A stretch of 64,000 nucleotides of DNA, from contig JAOUFM010000006.1 in NCBI GenBank assembly GCA_029858205.1, positions 6,094 to 70,093 on the forward strand. The letters are read 5' to 3'. The translations under genes and the position numbers were made by a program. Within the stretch, counting starts at the first letter, position 1, and every line of letters starts with the position of its first letter. The notes under the pieces were generated by a model, which was not told the DNA's origin, did not search any database, and saw only the letters and a program-made list of their open reading frames with translations. This stretch comes from Deltaproteobacteria bacterium. Lineage in GTDB: Bacteria > Desulfobacterota > GWC2-55-46 > DRQE01. This document shows, piece after piece, positions 46,466 through 56,879 of this stretch.

Positions 46466-49084
46466 ATGTTTTACAGACAAAACAACGGTAACCCAGGGCT
46501 TCGCGAGCGCTTTTATAACTATATAAAAGAAACCCGCGCCTACAAATACGCCGAGCCGCGTATCCGTAACTCTAAAACACTGCAGGCTGCCTACAAGTGG
46601 CTCCAGAGCACAAGGGCATACCAGTACTTCACGACGAAGCTTCCGAAATGGGCGCAGGCCATTTGCCTTGTCTTTGCAGCCGGGTTCTTGTATACATTCC
46701 TTCTTTATATCTACTTCATACTTAGCCTTCCCTCGGTATCGGAATTAAGCAACTATTCGCCAAGCCTCGTAACAAAGGTCTATTCCGCGGACAAGGAACT
46801 CGTAGCCGAGTTCTTCGAGGAGCGCCGCGTAATGGTCTCCATCTCTCAGGTGCCGCAGCATGTGATAAACACCGTTCTCGCGGCCGAGGACAGGGACTTC
46901 TACAAACACGGCGGCATAAAGTACATAAGCATACTCAGGGCCCTCTATGTAAACCTGACCACCAACAGAACAGAGGGCGCAAGCACGATAACGCAGCAGG
47001 TCGCTAAGAACATACTGCTCACGCCCGAGCGCACCTACACGCGCAAATTCAAGGAAATGATACTTGCAAAGCGCATAGAGCGGGCATTCACAAAAGACCA
47101 GATACTTGAGCTCTATCTTAATCAGATATATTTTGGAAACGGAGCCTACGGCATACAGGCCGCGTGCGAGGCATACTTCGGCAAACACGTAAAGGACATC
47201 GACGTAGCCGAGGCCGCCATGCTCATGGGGCTTATCAGTAATCCGACAAAATACTCTCCGTACCAGAACCCGTCCATAGCAAAAGCCAGACAAGAGCGCG
47301 TAATAAGGCTCATGTTAGAAAACGGCTTTATAACCGAGGCTGAAGAGAAAAAAGCGGCAACAAAGGTGCTCGACATCAAGCCAAGCCGGCCAAAGACCGT
47401 CTGGATAGGCCCCTACTTCACCGAGCACGTAAGGCGCTACCTCGAAGAGAAATACGGAGAACGTCTCTATAAGGAAGGCCTTCGGGTATACACCACCTTG
47501 AACGTCAAGTTCCAGGTGGCCGCGAACGAGGCCGTGGAGGCGGGACTTCGAGCCTACGACAAACGTAACGGCTACAGGGGGCCCATTGGCAACCTAAAGG
47601 CCGCAAGCGACATGGAAAACTTCAAAATCGAGACGCAAAAACAGCTTGGAAAAAACCCGGTGGCTATCAACAAGATATACCGCGGCATAATCACCGAGAT
47701 TGACAAGACAAAAAAGACGCTCAAGGCCTATATCGGCACCACGCAGGGCACGATAACGCAGGAAAACTACGCCTGGGTAAAGCACTATAACCCAAAAGAC
47801 ATACCGGACGGCGCATATGACATGAAAAGCCCGCTCGATGTCCTGCATGCGGGAGATATCGTAGACCTCAAGGTGCTCAAGATAAACTACGAGGGAGACA
47901 ATACTGTTCTTTCCCTTGCCATAGAGCAGGAACCACAGGCAGAGGCAGCGCTTATCGCAATGGAGCCATCTACCGGGTACGTCAGGGCAATGGTTGGCGG
48001 CTCGGACTTCTATTCCACGCAGTTCATACGCCCTACCCAATCGAAAAGGCAGCCCGGTTCGGCATTCAAGCCGCTTATATACGCCGCTGCAATAGACAGC
48101 GGCAAGTACACGCCTGCGACAACGGTACTCGACTCTCCGATGGTGTTCGCGGAGATAAAAGACGTTGTAAAGGAACACGAAACTGATTCTAAAAACGATT
48201 CCTTCGAATGGAAGCCAAGGAACTACGACGGCAAGTTCCTTGGCCCAACTACCATCAGAAAGGCTGTGGCGCTATCTAGAAACGTCATCACAATCAAGGT
48301 CCTTCAGGATATCGGCGTTGACCCGGCAATAGAGTACGCCAGAAAATTCGGCATCGAGAGCCCGCTTGCAAAAGACCTTTCCATAGCTCTCGGGTCTTCG
48401 GCAGTGACGCTTGAAGAGCTTACCAGAGCCTTCTCGACGATTGCGAACCGCGGCGTCAAGACAAGGCCGATATATGTAACAAAGGTCACGGACAAAAACG
48501 GCGTTGTGCTCGAAGAATTCAAGCCGGAAACGGAAGAAGTGCTTAGCCCCCAGAGCGCGTACATCACGACGAGTCTTCTGCAAGGCGTTGTGGAGCACGG
48601 CACGGGATGGAGGGCTAAGGCGCTCGGGCGTCCGTCCGCAGGCAAGACAGGCACGACAAACAACTTAAACGACGCATGGTACATCGGCTACACCACCGAC
48701 ATGATAACCGGCGTATGGGTTGGCTACGACAAGGAACGCATGCTCGGGCACGGAGAAACAGGCTCCACCGCCGCCTCCCCCATCTGGGTGGATTTCATGA
48801 AGGTGGCAATCGAGGGCACCGCGCCAAAGAGTTTCCCCATCCCCGAGGACATAGAGTTCGTCAAGATAGATTCCGAAACAGGCCTTCTCGCCACCCCTAC
48901 GACAGTGAAACCTATATTCGAGGTCTTTAGAAAGGGCACTGCCCCAAAAGAGTTCTCTATCAAAAAACAATCAACCGGCTCAAGCGACTTTTTCAGGGAA
49001 GACCTCGGCGGAGACTCCCCGCCCCCAACACAAGGCGGCTCGATACCTGACGCAACGAAAAAACCCGTACCAGACGCCCTTTAA
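46466..49084 (+). CDS. mrcA: Penicillin-binding protein 1A (bifunctional transglycosylase/transpeptidase)
   Basis: GT51 motifs (EDRDFYKHGGI, ...ITQQVAKN), transpeptidase SAFKP (SxxK) and KTGTT; 872 aa with an N-terminal TM anchor. Confidence 0.9.
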   Translation: MFYRQNNGNPGLRERFYNYIKETRAYKYAEPRIRNSKTLQAAYKWLQSTRAYQYFTTKLPKWAQAICLVFAAGFLYTFLLYIYFILSLPSVSELSNYSPSLVTKVYSADKELVAEFFEERRVMVSISQVPQHVINTVLAAEDRDFYKHGGIKYISILRALYVNLTTNRTEGASTITQQVAKNILLTPERTYTRKFKEMILAKRIERAFTKDQILELYLNQIYFGNGAYGIQAACEAYFGKHVKDIDVAEAAMLMGLISNPTKYSPYQNPSIAKARQERVIRLMLENGFITEAEEKKAATKVLDIKPSRPKTVWIGPYFTEHVRRYLEEKYGERLYKEGLRVYTTLNVKFQVAANEAVEAGLRAYDKRNGYRGPIGNLKAASDMENFKIETQKQLGKNPVAINKIYRGIITEIDKTKKTLKAYIGTTQGTITQENYAWVKHYNPKDIPDGAYDMKSPLDVLHAGDIVDLKVLKINYEGDNTVLSLAIEQEPQAEAALIAMEPSTGYVRAMVGGSDFYSTQFIRPTQSKRQPGSAFKPLIYAAAIDSGKYTPATTVLDSPMVFAEIKDVVKEHETDSKNDSFEWKPRNYDGKFLGPTTIRKAVALSRNVITIKVLQDIGVDPAIEYARKFGIESPLAKDLSIALGSSAVTLEELTRAFSTIANRGVKTRPIYVTKVTDKNGVVLEEFKPETEEVLSPQSAYITTSLLQGVVEHGTGWRAKALGRPSAGKTGTTNNLNDAWYIGYTTDMITGVWVGYDKERMLGHGETGSTAASPIWVDFMKVAIEGTAPKSFPIPEDIEFVKIDSETGLLATPTTVKPIFEVFRKGTAPKEFSIKKQSTGSSDFFREDLGGDSPPPTQGGSIPDATKKPVPDAL

Positions 49085-49105
49085 CAGGCACTCCAGGGCT
49101 GCCCC

Positions 49106-49840
49106 ATGCTATACGCCTTTATATCGGACATACACTCGAACCTCGAGGCCCTCTCTGCCGTGCTTACGAAATGCGCGGACATCGGCGCTGATAATATCGT
49201 CTGTCTCGGCGACATAGTCGGCTACAACGCAAACCCAAACGAATGCATAGAACTCATACGTAAAAACAACATACGCTCGGTCATGGGCAACCACGACGAG
49301 AGGGCCGCAGGACTTTGCGAGCCTGACACCTTCAACGCCGAAGCGCAGGCAGCTATCTACTGGACAAGAGAGGCCATGAGCCGTGAACACAGGGCCTATC
49401 TCAAATCTCTACCGCAGCAAGTAGACGAGAAAAACGGTATCTCTGCGGTGCACGGAACGCTTAGAAGCCATGACGAGTACCTATTTAGCGCAGAGGATGC
49501 GCCGTTCGAGCTAAAGCTCGTGCAGAAGAGCGCGATAAAAATACTTTTCTTCGGGCACACGCACTCGCCTGCGCTCTACGGCACAAAGACAGTACCCGGA
49601 GCCTCGGTGTACTTGCAGCAGGAAACGATACTTGACCCTTCAGGCATTTACCTCGTAAACCCGGGAAGTGTCGGGCAGCCCAGAGACGGCGACCCGAGAG
49701 CGGCGTTTTGCACATTTGACAGTGAAAGCGGCGTGCTGAAGTTCCATCGTGTCGAATACGACATAAAAAAAGCCTCTCAAAAGGTTCTGGCAGCTGGGCT
49801 GCCCGAATACCTTGGCAAGAGGCTTTTTACCGGAAGATAG
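49106..49840 (+). CDS. Metallophosphoesterase (YfcE/MJ0936-like)
   Basis: ISDIHSN, LGDIVGY, GNHDE, GHTH metal-ligand motifs. Confidence 0.75.
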   Translation: MLYAFISDIHSNLEALSAVLTKCADIGADNIVCLGDIVGYNANPNECIELIRKNNIRSVMGNHDERAAGLCEPDTFNAEAQAAIYWTREAMSREHRAYLKSLPQQVDEKNGISAVHGTLRSHDEYLFSAEDAPFELKLVQKSAIKILFFGHTHSPALYGTKTVPGASVYLQQETILDPSGIYLVNPGSVGQPRDGDPRAAFCTFDSESGVLKFHRVEYDIKKASQKVLAAGLPEYLGKRLFTGR

Positions 49841-49876
49841 ATTTTCAAGCCGCGCCGTAGCAAAACGGCGCGCACA

Positions 49877-50188
49877 TCAATGGACAGTGCCCTTGGACTC
49901 CTCTACGACCTCTTGTTTCTCTTCAGCCTTGAACGGGTCTTTGGTGAACTTCTCGCGGCAATGCTTGCAAACGAGGTATATGCGCTCCCTGTAGACGTCC
50001 TCTTCTATATCCGACTGGTTCATGTGCTCCATGGCGTCGAGAAGCTCGTTCATGCGCTCCTCTATCTCGCCGCCCTCGACGTCCTCGAGATATCCGTCGA
50101 AATCAGCGAAACTTCTCACCTCGACCACGTATTTCAAGGCCCCGGCCGCGAGTTCCCTGCCGCAGCCGTGGCATCTCGTTATTTTCAT
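49877..50188 (-). CDS. Zinc-ribbon-containing acidic protein, hypothetical
   Basis: An SD precedes MKITRCHGCGRE...LVCKHCREKF (CxxC...CxxC). Confidence 0.4.
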   Translation of the reverse strand: MKITRCHGCGRELAAGALKYVVEVRSFADFDGYLEDVEGGEIEERMNELLDAMEHMNQSDIEEDVYRERIYLVCKHCREKFTKDPFKAEEKQEVVEESKGTVH

Positions 50189-50283
50189 TCGTATAAGCTC
50201 CTTCGATAATATCCTACACTGAAATGATACCTTCAATTAAGCCGCTTGTCAAACCAATTGAATCTAAGATAAAATAAGGAAAT

Positions 50284-51168
50284 ATGCAGATTGACGAACT
50301 TACGCTAAAGACAGCTTCGCTTCTGACATTCGAATACAGGCTCTACTGGATAGTGGCGCTCTCCTACGCCCTTTCCGCCCTGATATACCTAGCGCACGCG
50401 CTCTCGGGCTCTAAAAAGGCGGCTTCGAGCGCCAAAGGGCTCCTGATAACGGCCTTCATACTGCATGTCGGCCTGATAGCGGTAAGGACCTACGAGGTGG
50501 AAAGAGCGCCGTTCCAGACGCTTTATGAAACGCTCTCGTGGTTCGCGTTCACGGCAGTAGGCACGTATTTGCTGGTATCGAGAAAATGGAAGGACGTTCA
50601 CCTTCCGGCACTTTTTGTCACTACCCTTGCCGCCGGAGCCTGCGGCTACGCGCTTCTTACGAGGACCCCGGCTGCCGAACCCCTTAGTCCGCCGCTTCAG
50701 AGCTACTGGTTTGAGTCCCACGTCATACTGGCGTTTTTCTCCTACGCCGTGTTCATCGTAAGCTCGGCAATAGAGATATCGGCGGCAGTGGCATCGGGCT
50801 TTCTAAAGCGCGGCAGACAGTCGTTTCGCGGGTTCGAGGCCTCTGCCATGCACGGCTTCCATGCGACATCCTACAACCTTGTGCTCTTCGGGTTCCCTCT
50901 CCTGACCTTCGCGATATTTTCGGGCGCAGCATGGGCAAACGAGGCATGGGGCCGGTACTGGAGCTGGGACCCGAAGGAAACATGGTCGCTCATAACGTGG
51001 ACAGTGTTCACGATGTATCTCCACTCGGCAAGGGTCCCGGGCTGGAGCGAACGAGTTGCCCCTATCCTTAACATACTCGGCTTCGTATGCATGATGATGA
51101 CATTTCTTGGCGTAAACTGGCTCGCAAAGCTCCTTGGCATACCGAGCATGCACGTCTACGCCGTATAA
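50284..51168 (+). CDS. ccsA: Cytochrome c biogenesis protein CcsA/ResC (system II heme exporter)
   Basis: WWD domain (WGRYWSWDPKETWSLITW) and conserved His residues; 294 aa and polytopic. Confidence 0.85.
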   Translation: MQIDELTLKTASLLTFEYRLYWIVALSYALSALIYLAHALSGSKKAASSAKGLLITAFILHVGLIAVRTYEVERAPFQTLYETLSWFAFTAVGTYLLVSRKWKDVHLPALFVTTLAAGACGYALLTRTPAAEPLSPPLQSYWFESHVILAFFSYAVFIVSSAIEISAAVASGFLKRGRQSFRGFEASAMHGFHATSYNLVLFGFPLLTFAIFSGAAWANEAWGRYWSWDPKETWSLITWTVFTMYLHSARVPGWSERVAPILNILGFVCMMMTFLGVNWLAKLLGIPSMHVYAV

Positions 51169-51181
51169 AGGACTGCTTCCA

Positions 51182-52633
51182 ATGACCGCGGAACATAAAA
51201 CCAATTTGGCCGAAAAATCATACGCAGTCCTCACATCGCTTAAGACCTCGGTGTACCTGCTCCTTGTCCTTTGCGTGTTCTTCATGCTCGGAACGATATT
51301 TCCACAGGGCACGGAGTACGCTACTTACGAAAGCTCGGGCGGAAGGTTTCTTTTCCTGGTAAAGACCTTCGGCCTTTTAAATATCTTTAACGGCTCGGCC
51401 TTCCTTGCCGTATCGGGGCTACTTCTTATAAACCTCGCGTTTTGCTGCTATGAGAATTATTTTCGCGTAAAAGGCAGAAGAAGAAAAGGCTACGCTTCAC
51501 TAACTTCGCCAGACCTTGTCATCGCGCTAAACTCCAAGCCGGACAAGGCACAAAAAATAATCGAGCGCATGTTTCTCTCGCTCGGGTTCAGGGAAAAGCC
51601 GTCATCAGAAAAAAACGTAATTGTATACGAAAAAGGAATCTACTACAGGTGGCTCACGTGGCTCTACCATGCTGCAATAGCAGCTTGCTTTGCCGGATTT
51701 GTCTTGTCGGGCCTTTATGTGAAAGAAGGCATGCTTACATTAAAAAAGGATACGCCTGCAAAGATAGAATCCTCCATGATGCCTGAAACGCTTGGATGGA
51801 TGGCAAGCCCCGAGCCTCCGTCATATACAATCGTACTCGACAAGTTCTCTACCGAGTACGCCGAACACCCAAACCTCGACATGCCAGGTGACAAAATTGC
51901 AAGGCTCAAAGTGGCTTCGTGGCAAACTCCCCTTTCCTTTGACTTGTCAAAAGAAGGAATATTTCCAAAAGACTGGTTTTCGAAACTTAGAATCCTCGAG
52001 AACAGTTCTACAGCAACGGAGAAGACCATCGAGGTGAACGACCCTTTGAAATACAAGGGCTACACCTTCTACCAGGTCGGGTATGAGCAGGAACTCGAGC
52101 TTTCGGTAGAAGGCGCAAAAGAGAAAATCACGGTCACTGCCGGCCGCTCGGTTGATATCAAAGAGCTCGGGGTAAAACTTAAATTCGGAACACTTAGGAC
52201 AGGCAACCTTTTTCAGAAGGATGGCACGGTGCGCGCAATCGAGCCCTATGTCATGGCAAAAATAGCGCCCGATAAGAACGCAAAGAATAAAAAGCCCGAA
52301 TCCCGGAAAGAAGAAGCCCCGGTAAAGCTCGTTGTAAGTAAAGCGTCCGTTATTGCCGGGAAAAAGGTAACACTTACCGGGTACGACGAAAGCTCGATGC
52401 TAAGTTACCGCTACGACCCAGGTGTGCCGCTACTCTGGTTCTTTGGCTCGCTCGTGTTCATCATAATGACCCTAAGATGCCTGGGCTCGTGGCAGCGCGC
52501 CAGGTTTTCCATACGTGCAACGGATACAGGAAGTGTTGCAGAGATAAACGTAAAATGCATGGGGCTTTTCCGCTCAAAGGCCTCGCTTGTCTCGAACCTC
52601 GACTACGTGGCAAAGACCCGCATTTCGGAATGA
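51182..52633 (+). CDS. ccsB: Cytochrome c biogenesis protein CcsB/ResB
   Basis: ResB-family topology: N-terminal TM (VYLLLVLCVFFMLGTIFPQG), a large periplasmic domain and a C-terminal TM. The start is likely the internal MTAEHK. Confidence 0.8.
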   Translation: MTAEHKTNLAEKSYAVLTSLKTSVYLLLVLCVFFMLGTIFPQGTEYATYESSGGRFLFLVKTFGLLNIFNGSAFLAVSGLLLINLAFCCYENYFRVKGRRRKGYASLTSPDLVIALNSKPDKAQKIIERMFLSLGFREKPSSEKNVIVYEKGIYYRWLTWLYHAAIAACFAGFVLSGLYVKEGMLTLKKDTPAKIESSMMPETLGWMASPEPPSYTIVLDKFSTEYAEHPNLDMPGDKIARLKVASWQTPLSFDLSKEGIFPKDWFSKLRILENSSTATEKTIEVNDPLKYKGYTFYQVGYEQELELSVEGAKEKITVTAGRSVDIKELGVKLKFGTLRTGNLFQKDGTVRAIEPYVMAKIAPDKNAKNKKPESRKEEAPVKLVVSKASVIAGKKVTLTGYDESSMLSYRYDPGVPLLWFFGSLVFIIMTLRCLGSWQRARFSIRATDTGSVAEINVKCMGLFRSKASLVSNLDYVAKTRISE

Positions 52634-54882
52634 CTATCTCCGAGTTCATAGCGGAAATCAAAAAGCGCAAGGACTTAAAGGACGTCGCGTACCACGAGGT
52701 ATTTCCCATGTGCTCTGCCTCGTACGCCGACAGCGCAAAAAAAACCGACAAACGCATAGAAAAGGCGCTCAACACCCTTGGAATCAAGAAACTCTACACC
52801 CATCAGGCCGAGGCAATAAGCTCGATACGTGGCGGTAGCAATACGGTCGTGATGACCCCGACCGCAAGCGGCAAGAGCCTCATATACAACATCCCTGTAA
52901 TCGAAAACGCGTTAAAGGACAATGCATCGCGCGCCCTGTACTTATTTCCGCTTAAGGGGCTCGAGCAGGACCAGCTAAAGAACCTGAATGCCATGTTCGC
53001 GGAAATCGGCGACAAGGGCCTTAGCGCCGCTATTTACGACGGCGACACAACCGATTACAATAGGAAGAAAATAAGATCCAAGCCCCCTACCGTGCTCTTT
53101 ACCAACCCCGACATGCTGCATCTTGGAATCCTTGCCTTTCACGCGAAGTGGGAGAGTTTTTTCCAAAACCTACGTTACGTCGTTATAGACGAAATACACG
53201 CCTACAGAGGAGTGCTCGGCTCCCATGTAGCGCAGCTTCTTCGGCGTCTGCGGCGCATCTGCTCGAAGTACGGCTCTAATCCAGTGTTCATAGCAAGCTC
53301 TGCAACCATAGCTAACCCCGGAGAACTTGCAACGATGCTAACCGGGCTGCCTTTTACCGTCACAGACGAGAACGGAGCGCCTTCGGGAAGAAAACATTTT
53401 CTCCTGATAGATCCGGCAAAGGACTTAAGCCCCTACACCATCGCAACGAAGATATTTACCGAAAGTATCGAGAACGGGTTCAAGGCAATTTGTTTTACAA
53501 AGGCAAGGAAGATAACAGAGCTCATGCACACGTGGGTAAAGGAAGGCTCCCCGAAGCTTAGTCCGCTCATAAGCTCTTACCGCGCAGGATATCTTCCGGA
53601 GGAAAGGCGCGAGATAGAACGCCGCCTCTTCTCCGGCGAGCTCTCGGGCGTCATCACCACAAGCGCTCTCGAACTTGGCGTTGATATCGGCGGGTTGGAT
53701 GTCTGCGTGCTCGCAGGCTACCCAGGCTCCATAAGCTCCACGTGGCAGCGTGCCGGAAGGGTCGGCAGAGGCACAAAGGACTCTCTTGTCGTGATGGTGG
53801 CTCTCGAGGACGCGTTGGACAAGTACTTCATGCGTAGCGGCGAGGAGTTCTTCAATAAGAGCGCCGAGGCCGCTACACTCGATGCAGCAAACCCCGTGAT
53901 ACTGAAATCCCACCTTGCCTGCGCAGCCGCAGAAATGCCTGTACGATCGGCCGAGGCCGAATACGCGGAAAACGAGGACTCCGTCGAAACAGCGCTAAGC
54001 GAGCTTGTCGCTGAGAAAAAGCTCTGGAAGTCTGCGGTTAAAAGAACTTACAACCCGCGAAGCCGCTACCCTCACCGCGAAGTATCCATACGCGGCACAG
54101 GAGCGCCGTTTCGCATACTAAAGGAAATCAACTTAAAACCAATTGCCGAGAGCGGCACTTCGCGCGTAATGAGAGAGCTGCATCCGGGCGCAATCTACAT
54201 GCACAGGGGCGAGCAGTATCTCATAACTTCCCTGCACCTCTCTGACAAAGAAGCGACCGCCCGGCCCGTGAGCGTGAATTACTATACATCCGCCATAACG
54301 GATGAGGAAACCGAGATACTTTCCGAGAAAAAAGTAATGTCCTCGTTTGGCAGCGAGATGTCGATTGGACGGCTGCGTATTACCGAAACGGTCCTTGGCT
54401 TTCGGCGTAAAGAGCTCTACACGAGAAAGGTTATCGAGGAATTGGGGCTTGAACTCCCGCCAACCGTATTCACGACAGAGGGCATGTGGTTTATCGTGAG
54501 CGATGAGCTGATAAACGCGATATCCGCTAAAAAGTTCAGCATCCCCGGCTCCCTGCACGCGCTCGAACACGCGCTCATCGCGGCCCTTCCCCTGTTCGCG
54601 CTTTGCGACAGAAATGACCTTGGCGGCAGAAGCTACACGCTAAACCCGGCGCTCGGGGCGCCTTCTATATTCGTCTACGACGCGCACGAGGGCGGCGTGG
54701 GGCTCGCGAAAAAAGGCTTCGAGCTTGCGGAGGACTGGTTCATGTCTACGAGAAAGATGCTATCGGAGTGCCCCTGCGAGGTGTCGTGCCCTTCCTGCAC
54801 ACAGGACCCACACTGCGGCAACAACAACGAGCCGCTCGATAAGCGCGGAGCAATACTTATCCTCAACGCCTTTCTTGGATAA
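52630..54882 (+). CDS. DEAD/DEAH-box helicase with a C-terminal DUF1998 zinc-binding domain (MrfA/YprA-like)
   Basis: Helicase motifs (TPTASGKSL, VIDEIHAY, SSATIAN, TSALELGVD) and C-terminal CPCEVSCPSCTQDPHCGNNNEP. Its ATG overlaps the ccsB stop (ATGA). Confidence 0.8.
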   Translation: MTISEFIAEIKKRKDLKDVAYHEVFPMCSASYADSAKKTDKRIEKALNTLGIKKLYTHQAEAISSIRGGSNTVVMTPTASGKSLIYNIPVIENALKDNASRALYLFPLKGLEQDQLKNLNAMFAEIGDKGLSAAIYDGDTTDYNRKKIRSKPPTVLFTNPDMLHLGILAFHAKWESFFQNLRYVVIDEIHAYRGVLGSHVAQLLRRLRRICSKYGSNPVFIASSATIANPGELATMLTGLPFTVTDENGAPSGRKHFLLIDPAKDLSPYTIATKIFTESIENGFKAICFTKARKITELMHTWVKEGSPKLSPLISSYRAGYLPEERREIERRLFSGELSGVITTSALELGVDIGGLDVCVLAGYPGSISSTWQRAGRVGRGTKDSLVVMVALEDALDKYFMRSGEEFFNKSAEAATLDAANPVILKSHLACAAAEMPVRSAEAEYAENEDSVETALSELVAEKKLWKSAVKRTYNPRSRYPHREVSIRGTGAPFRILKEINLKPIAESGTSRVMRELHPGAIYMHRGEQYLITSLHLSDKEATARPVSVNYYTSAITDEETEILSEKKVMSSFGSEMSIGRLRITETVLGFRRKELYTRKVIEELGLELPPTVFTTEGMWFIVSDELINAISAKKFSIPGSLHALEHALIAALPLFALCDRNDLGGRSYTLNPALGAPSIFVYDAHEGGVGLAKKGFELAEDWFMSTRKMLSECPCEVSCPSCTQDPHCGNNNEPLDKRGAILILNAFLG

Positions 54883-54906
54883 AGGTCAAGACACGGCAAA
54901 ACAATA

Positions 54907-55395
54907 TTATTCGATGGATGAGAAAAGGGGCTGAAGCTTCTTTTTCGAGGACTCGAGGTGCTCGGGAAGCACCTTTGTCTCGGAGAGTACGGGCATGAAG
55001 TTCGTGTCCCCGTGCCACCTCGGCACTACGTGGCAGTGAAGGTGCTCGGCTATGCCCGCGCCTGCGGCAAAACCCAGGTTGAAGCCGACATTGAAGGCGT
55101 CTGGTTTATACAGTTCCTTTATTGCCTTTACCGAGTGCCTGATAAGCCGCCAGATGTCGATTGACTCGGCATCGCTTAAATTTTCCATATTCGCCTCGTG
55201 GCGCGACGGCGCCACCAGAAGGTGCGCGTTGTTGTAGGGGAATTTATTCAGTATGACTACGCTCGACTTGCCTGCGTAGAGGGTAAGACCATCATTTGAC
55301 TTTCCTATAGCTGCATCGCAAAAAATACAAGACGGCTTGGGCTCCCTCACGGTATCAACGTATTCCATTCTCCAGGGGGCCCAGAGATTCTTCAT
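54907..55395 (-). CDS. HIT-family (histidine triad) nucleotide hydrolase/transferase
   Basis: HLHCHVVPRW histidine triad; 162 aa. Confidence 0.8.
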   Translation of the reverse strand: MKNLWAPWRMEYVDTVREPKPSCIFCDAAIGKSNDGLTLYAGKSSVVILNKFPYNNAHLLVAPSRHEANMENLSDAESIDIWRLIRHSVKAIKELYKPDAFNVGFNLGFAAGAGIAEHLHCHVVPRWHGDTNFMPVLSETKVLPEHLESSKKKLQPLFSSIE

Positions 55396-55688
55396 GGCTT
55401 CTTAACTGTGTCCACCCTTTCCTTGAGTTCCTTGCCGGCCTTGAAAAACGGCACTTTTTTGGCGTCGACCTTTATGCCTTCGCCGGATTTGGGGTTCCTG
55501 CCCTGCCTCGAGTTCCGCTGCTTCACCTTGAAGCTGCCGAAACCGCGTATCTCTATTTTCTCGCCTTTTGCGAGGCTGTCGGCTATGCTGTCGAAGACGC
55601 TCGTTATGATTATCTCGACGTCCTTCTTGGTGAAGTTCGGCGCCTTCGCAGTTACTTCTTCGATAAGTTCGCTTCTGGTCATTCTCAT
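55392..55688 (-). CDS. Integration host factor / HU-family DNA-binding protein (IHF beta-like)
   Basis: ...LIEEV...KKDVE...GEKIEIRGFGSF.V..R..R.GRNP.TGE; 98 aa. Confidence 0.85.
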   Translation of the reverse strand: MRMTRSELIEEVTAKAPNFTKKDVEIIITSVFDSIADSLAKGEKIEIRGFGSFKVKQRNSRQGRNPKSGEGIKVDAKKVPFFKAGKELKERVDTVKKP

Positions 55689-55692
55689 CCTC

Positions 55693-56571
55693 CTAATGTT
55701 TAACGATACCCGGCATCATATACATTAAGCTAAAGGAAGAGGAAGCTTCGTTGACAAGCGTCCTCGCCCCCTCTTCCATCAATTCCTTGAAAAGCCCTTT
55801 CTTTCTCTCCGGATAAAGCACCCTCGGCTCTCCGGATATGCCCGCAAGCTTCCCGGCCTCGGTGATTGCGTCGCTAAGGTTGCCGAGCTTGTCAACGAGC
55901 CCGAGCCTCTTGGCCTCCGCCCCGGTGAACACGCGTCCGTTTGCAAGGAGCGCGGCCTCTTCCTTCTTTATCTTTCTTCCTTCCGAAACAGCGTCAACAA
56001 ACTGGGAATGCGCGTCGTTGATAACGGACTGCAGCAGCGCCCTCTCTTCTTTTGTCATGGGCCTTGACGGAGAGCCCGTGTCCTTGAATTCGCCGCTTTT
56101 TATGGTCTCTGTTCTAAGACCGATTGTGCCAAAGAGCTTTTCCATGTTAACGAAGTTCGCAATAACGCCGATACTGCCTGTGATTGTTCCCGGGTTCGCC
56201 ACTATCATATCGGCCGGAGCAGCTATATAGTAACCGCCAGATGCTGCCACGTTGCCCATGGAGATGACTACTTTTTTCTTCTCCTTTAGCCTCTTTACTT
56301 CCGTATATATCTCCTGCGAGGCCCCGACCGCGCCGCCCGGGCTGTTGACCCTCACAACAACGGCCTTGACGTCGTCTCTTCTCGCGTACTCGCGAAGCTT
56401 CTTGTTTATGGCGTAGGAATCGGTTATTACGCCTTCTATCTCGAGCACAGCGACCTTATCGCCAAAGCCGCCGCCTTCGTCATTCGAGAATATCGCGGTT
56501 ATTGCCGATATTACTATCAGCGCCGTAAATACCGCGCCCATTGCCATCAGAAACTTCTTGAACTTTCCCAT
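55693..56571 (-). CDS. sppA: Signal peptide peptidase SppA (36K type)
   Basis: An N-terminal TM, ...RVNSPGG... and an S49 peptidase fold; 292 aa. Confidence 0.85.
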   Translation of the reverse strand: MGKFKKFLMAMGAVFTALIVISAITAIFSNDEGGGFGDKVAVLEIEGVITDSYAINKKLREYARRDDVKAVVVRVNSPGGAVGASQEIYTEVKRLKEKKKVVISMGNVAASGGYYIAAPADMIVANPGTITGSIGVIANFVNMEKLFGTIGLRTETIKSGEFKDTGSPSRPMTKEERALLQSVINDAHSQFVDAVSEGRKIKKEEAALLANGRVFTGAEAKRLGLVDKLGNLSDAITEAGKLAGISGEPRVLYPERKKGLFKELMEEGARTLVNEASSSFSLMYMMPGIVKH

Positions 56572-56642
56572 AATATAGAATCAGCCGCAGGCCGAATTAT
56601 CCTCGTAAAGAATTAAATTACCGCCGTGCGCCGCCTGCCGCA

Positions 56643-56843
56643 CTAATCCCCGCCGCCGTCTCCACCGCATCCGCCGGAATCGCCGCAGCTGCCGCTATCG
56701 GAACCGCCCGAATCACCGCTGCCGCCGTCCCCTCGACTGCCCCTTTTGCCGCTTCTGCTGCCGGACCTGTGCGCCCAGATGGAGAATATCACGACAAGCA
56801 AAACAACATTAATTACCAATATCACGAATATTTTGCTTGTCAT
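56643..56843 (-). CDS. Possible small membrane protein with a Gly/Ser/Asp-rich tail
   Basis: A TM helix (IFVILVINVVLLVVIFSIWA), then SGSRSGKRGSRGDGGSGDSGG.... It could be a low-complexity artefact. Confidence 0.25.
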   Translation of the reverse strand: MTSKIFVILVINVVLLVVIFSIWAHRSGSRSGKRGSRGDGGSGDSGGSDSGSCGDSGGCGGDGGGD

Positions 56844-56879
56844 ACCAGTCCCGGTGACGTAGAAACTTTCTGCTGTCTG

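Noticed and set aside
52477-52629. N-terminal extensions of the helicase (52477), the spermidine-synthase-like gene (18094), GH57 (5583), the HAD phosphatase (46371) and the island ORF (15645)
   Set aside because: In each case the extension overlaps the upstream gene or repeat, lacks an SD, and precedes the first conserved motif. An internal start with an SD, or one overlapping the upstream stop, fits better.
56643-56843. Gly/Ser/Asp-rich 66-aa ORF as a RiPP/bacteriocin precursor
   Set aside because: There are no adjacent modification enzymes or transporters. The repeat-like GGC/AGC-rich DNA could be a low-complexity artefact. I kept it only as a low-confidence small membrane protein.
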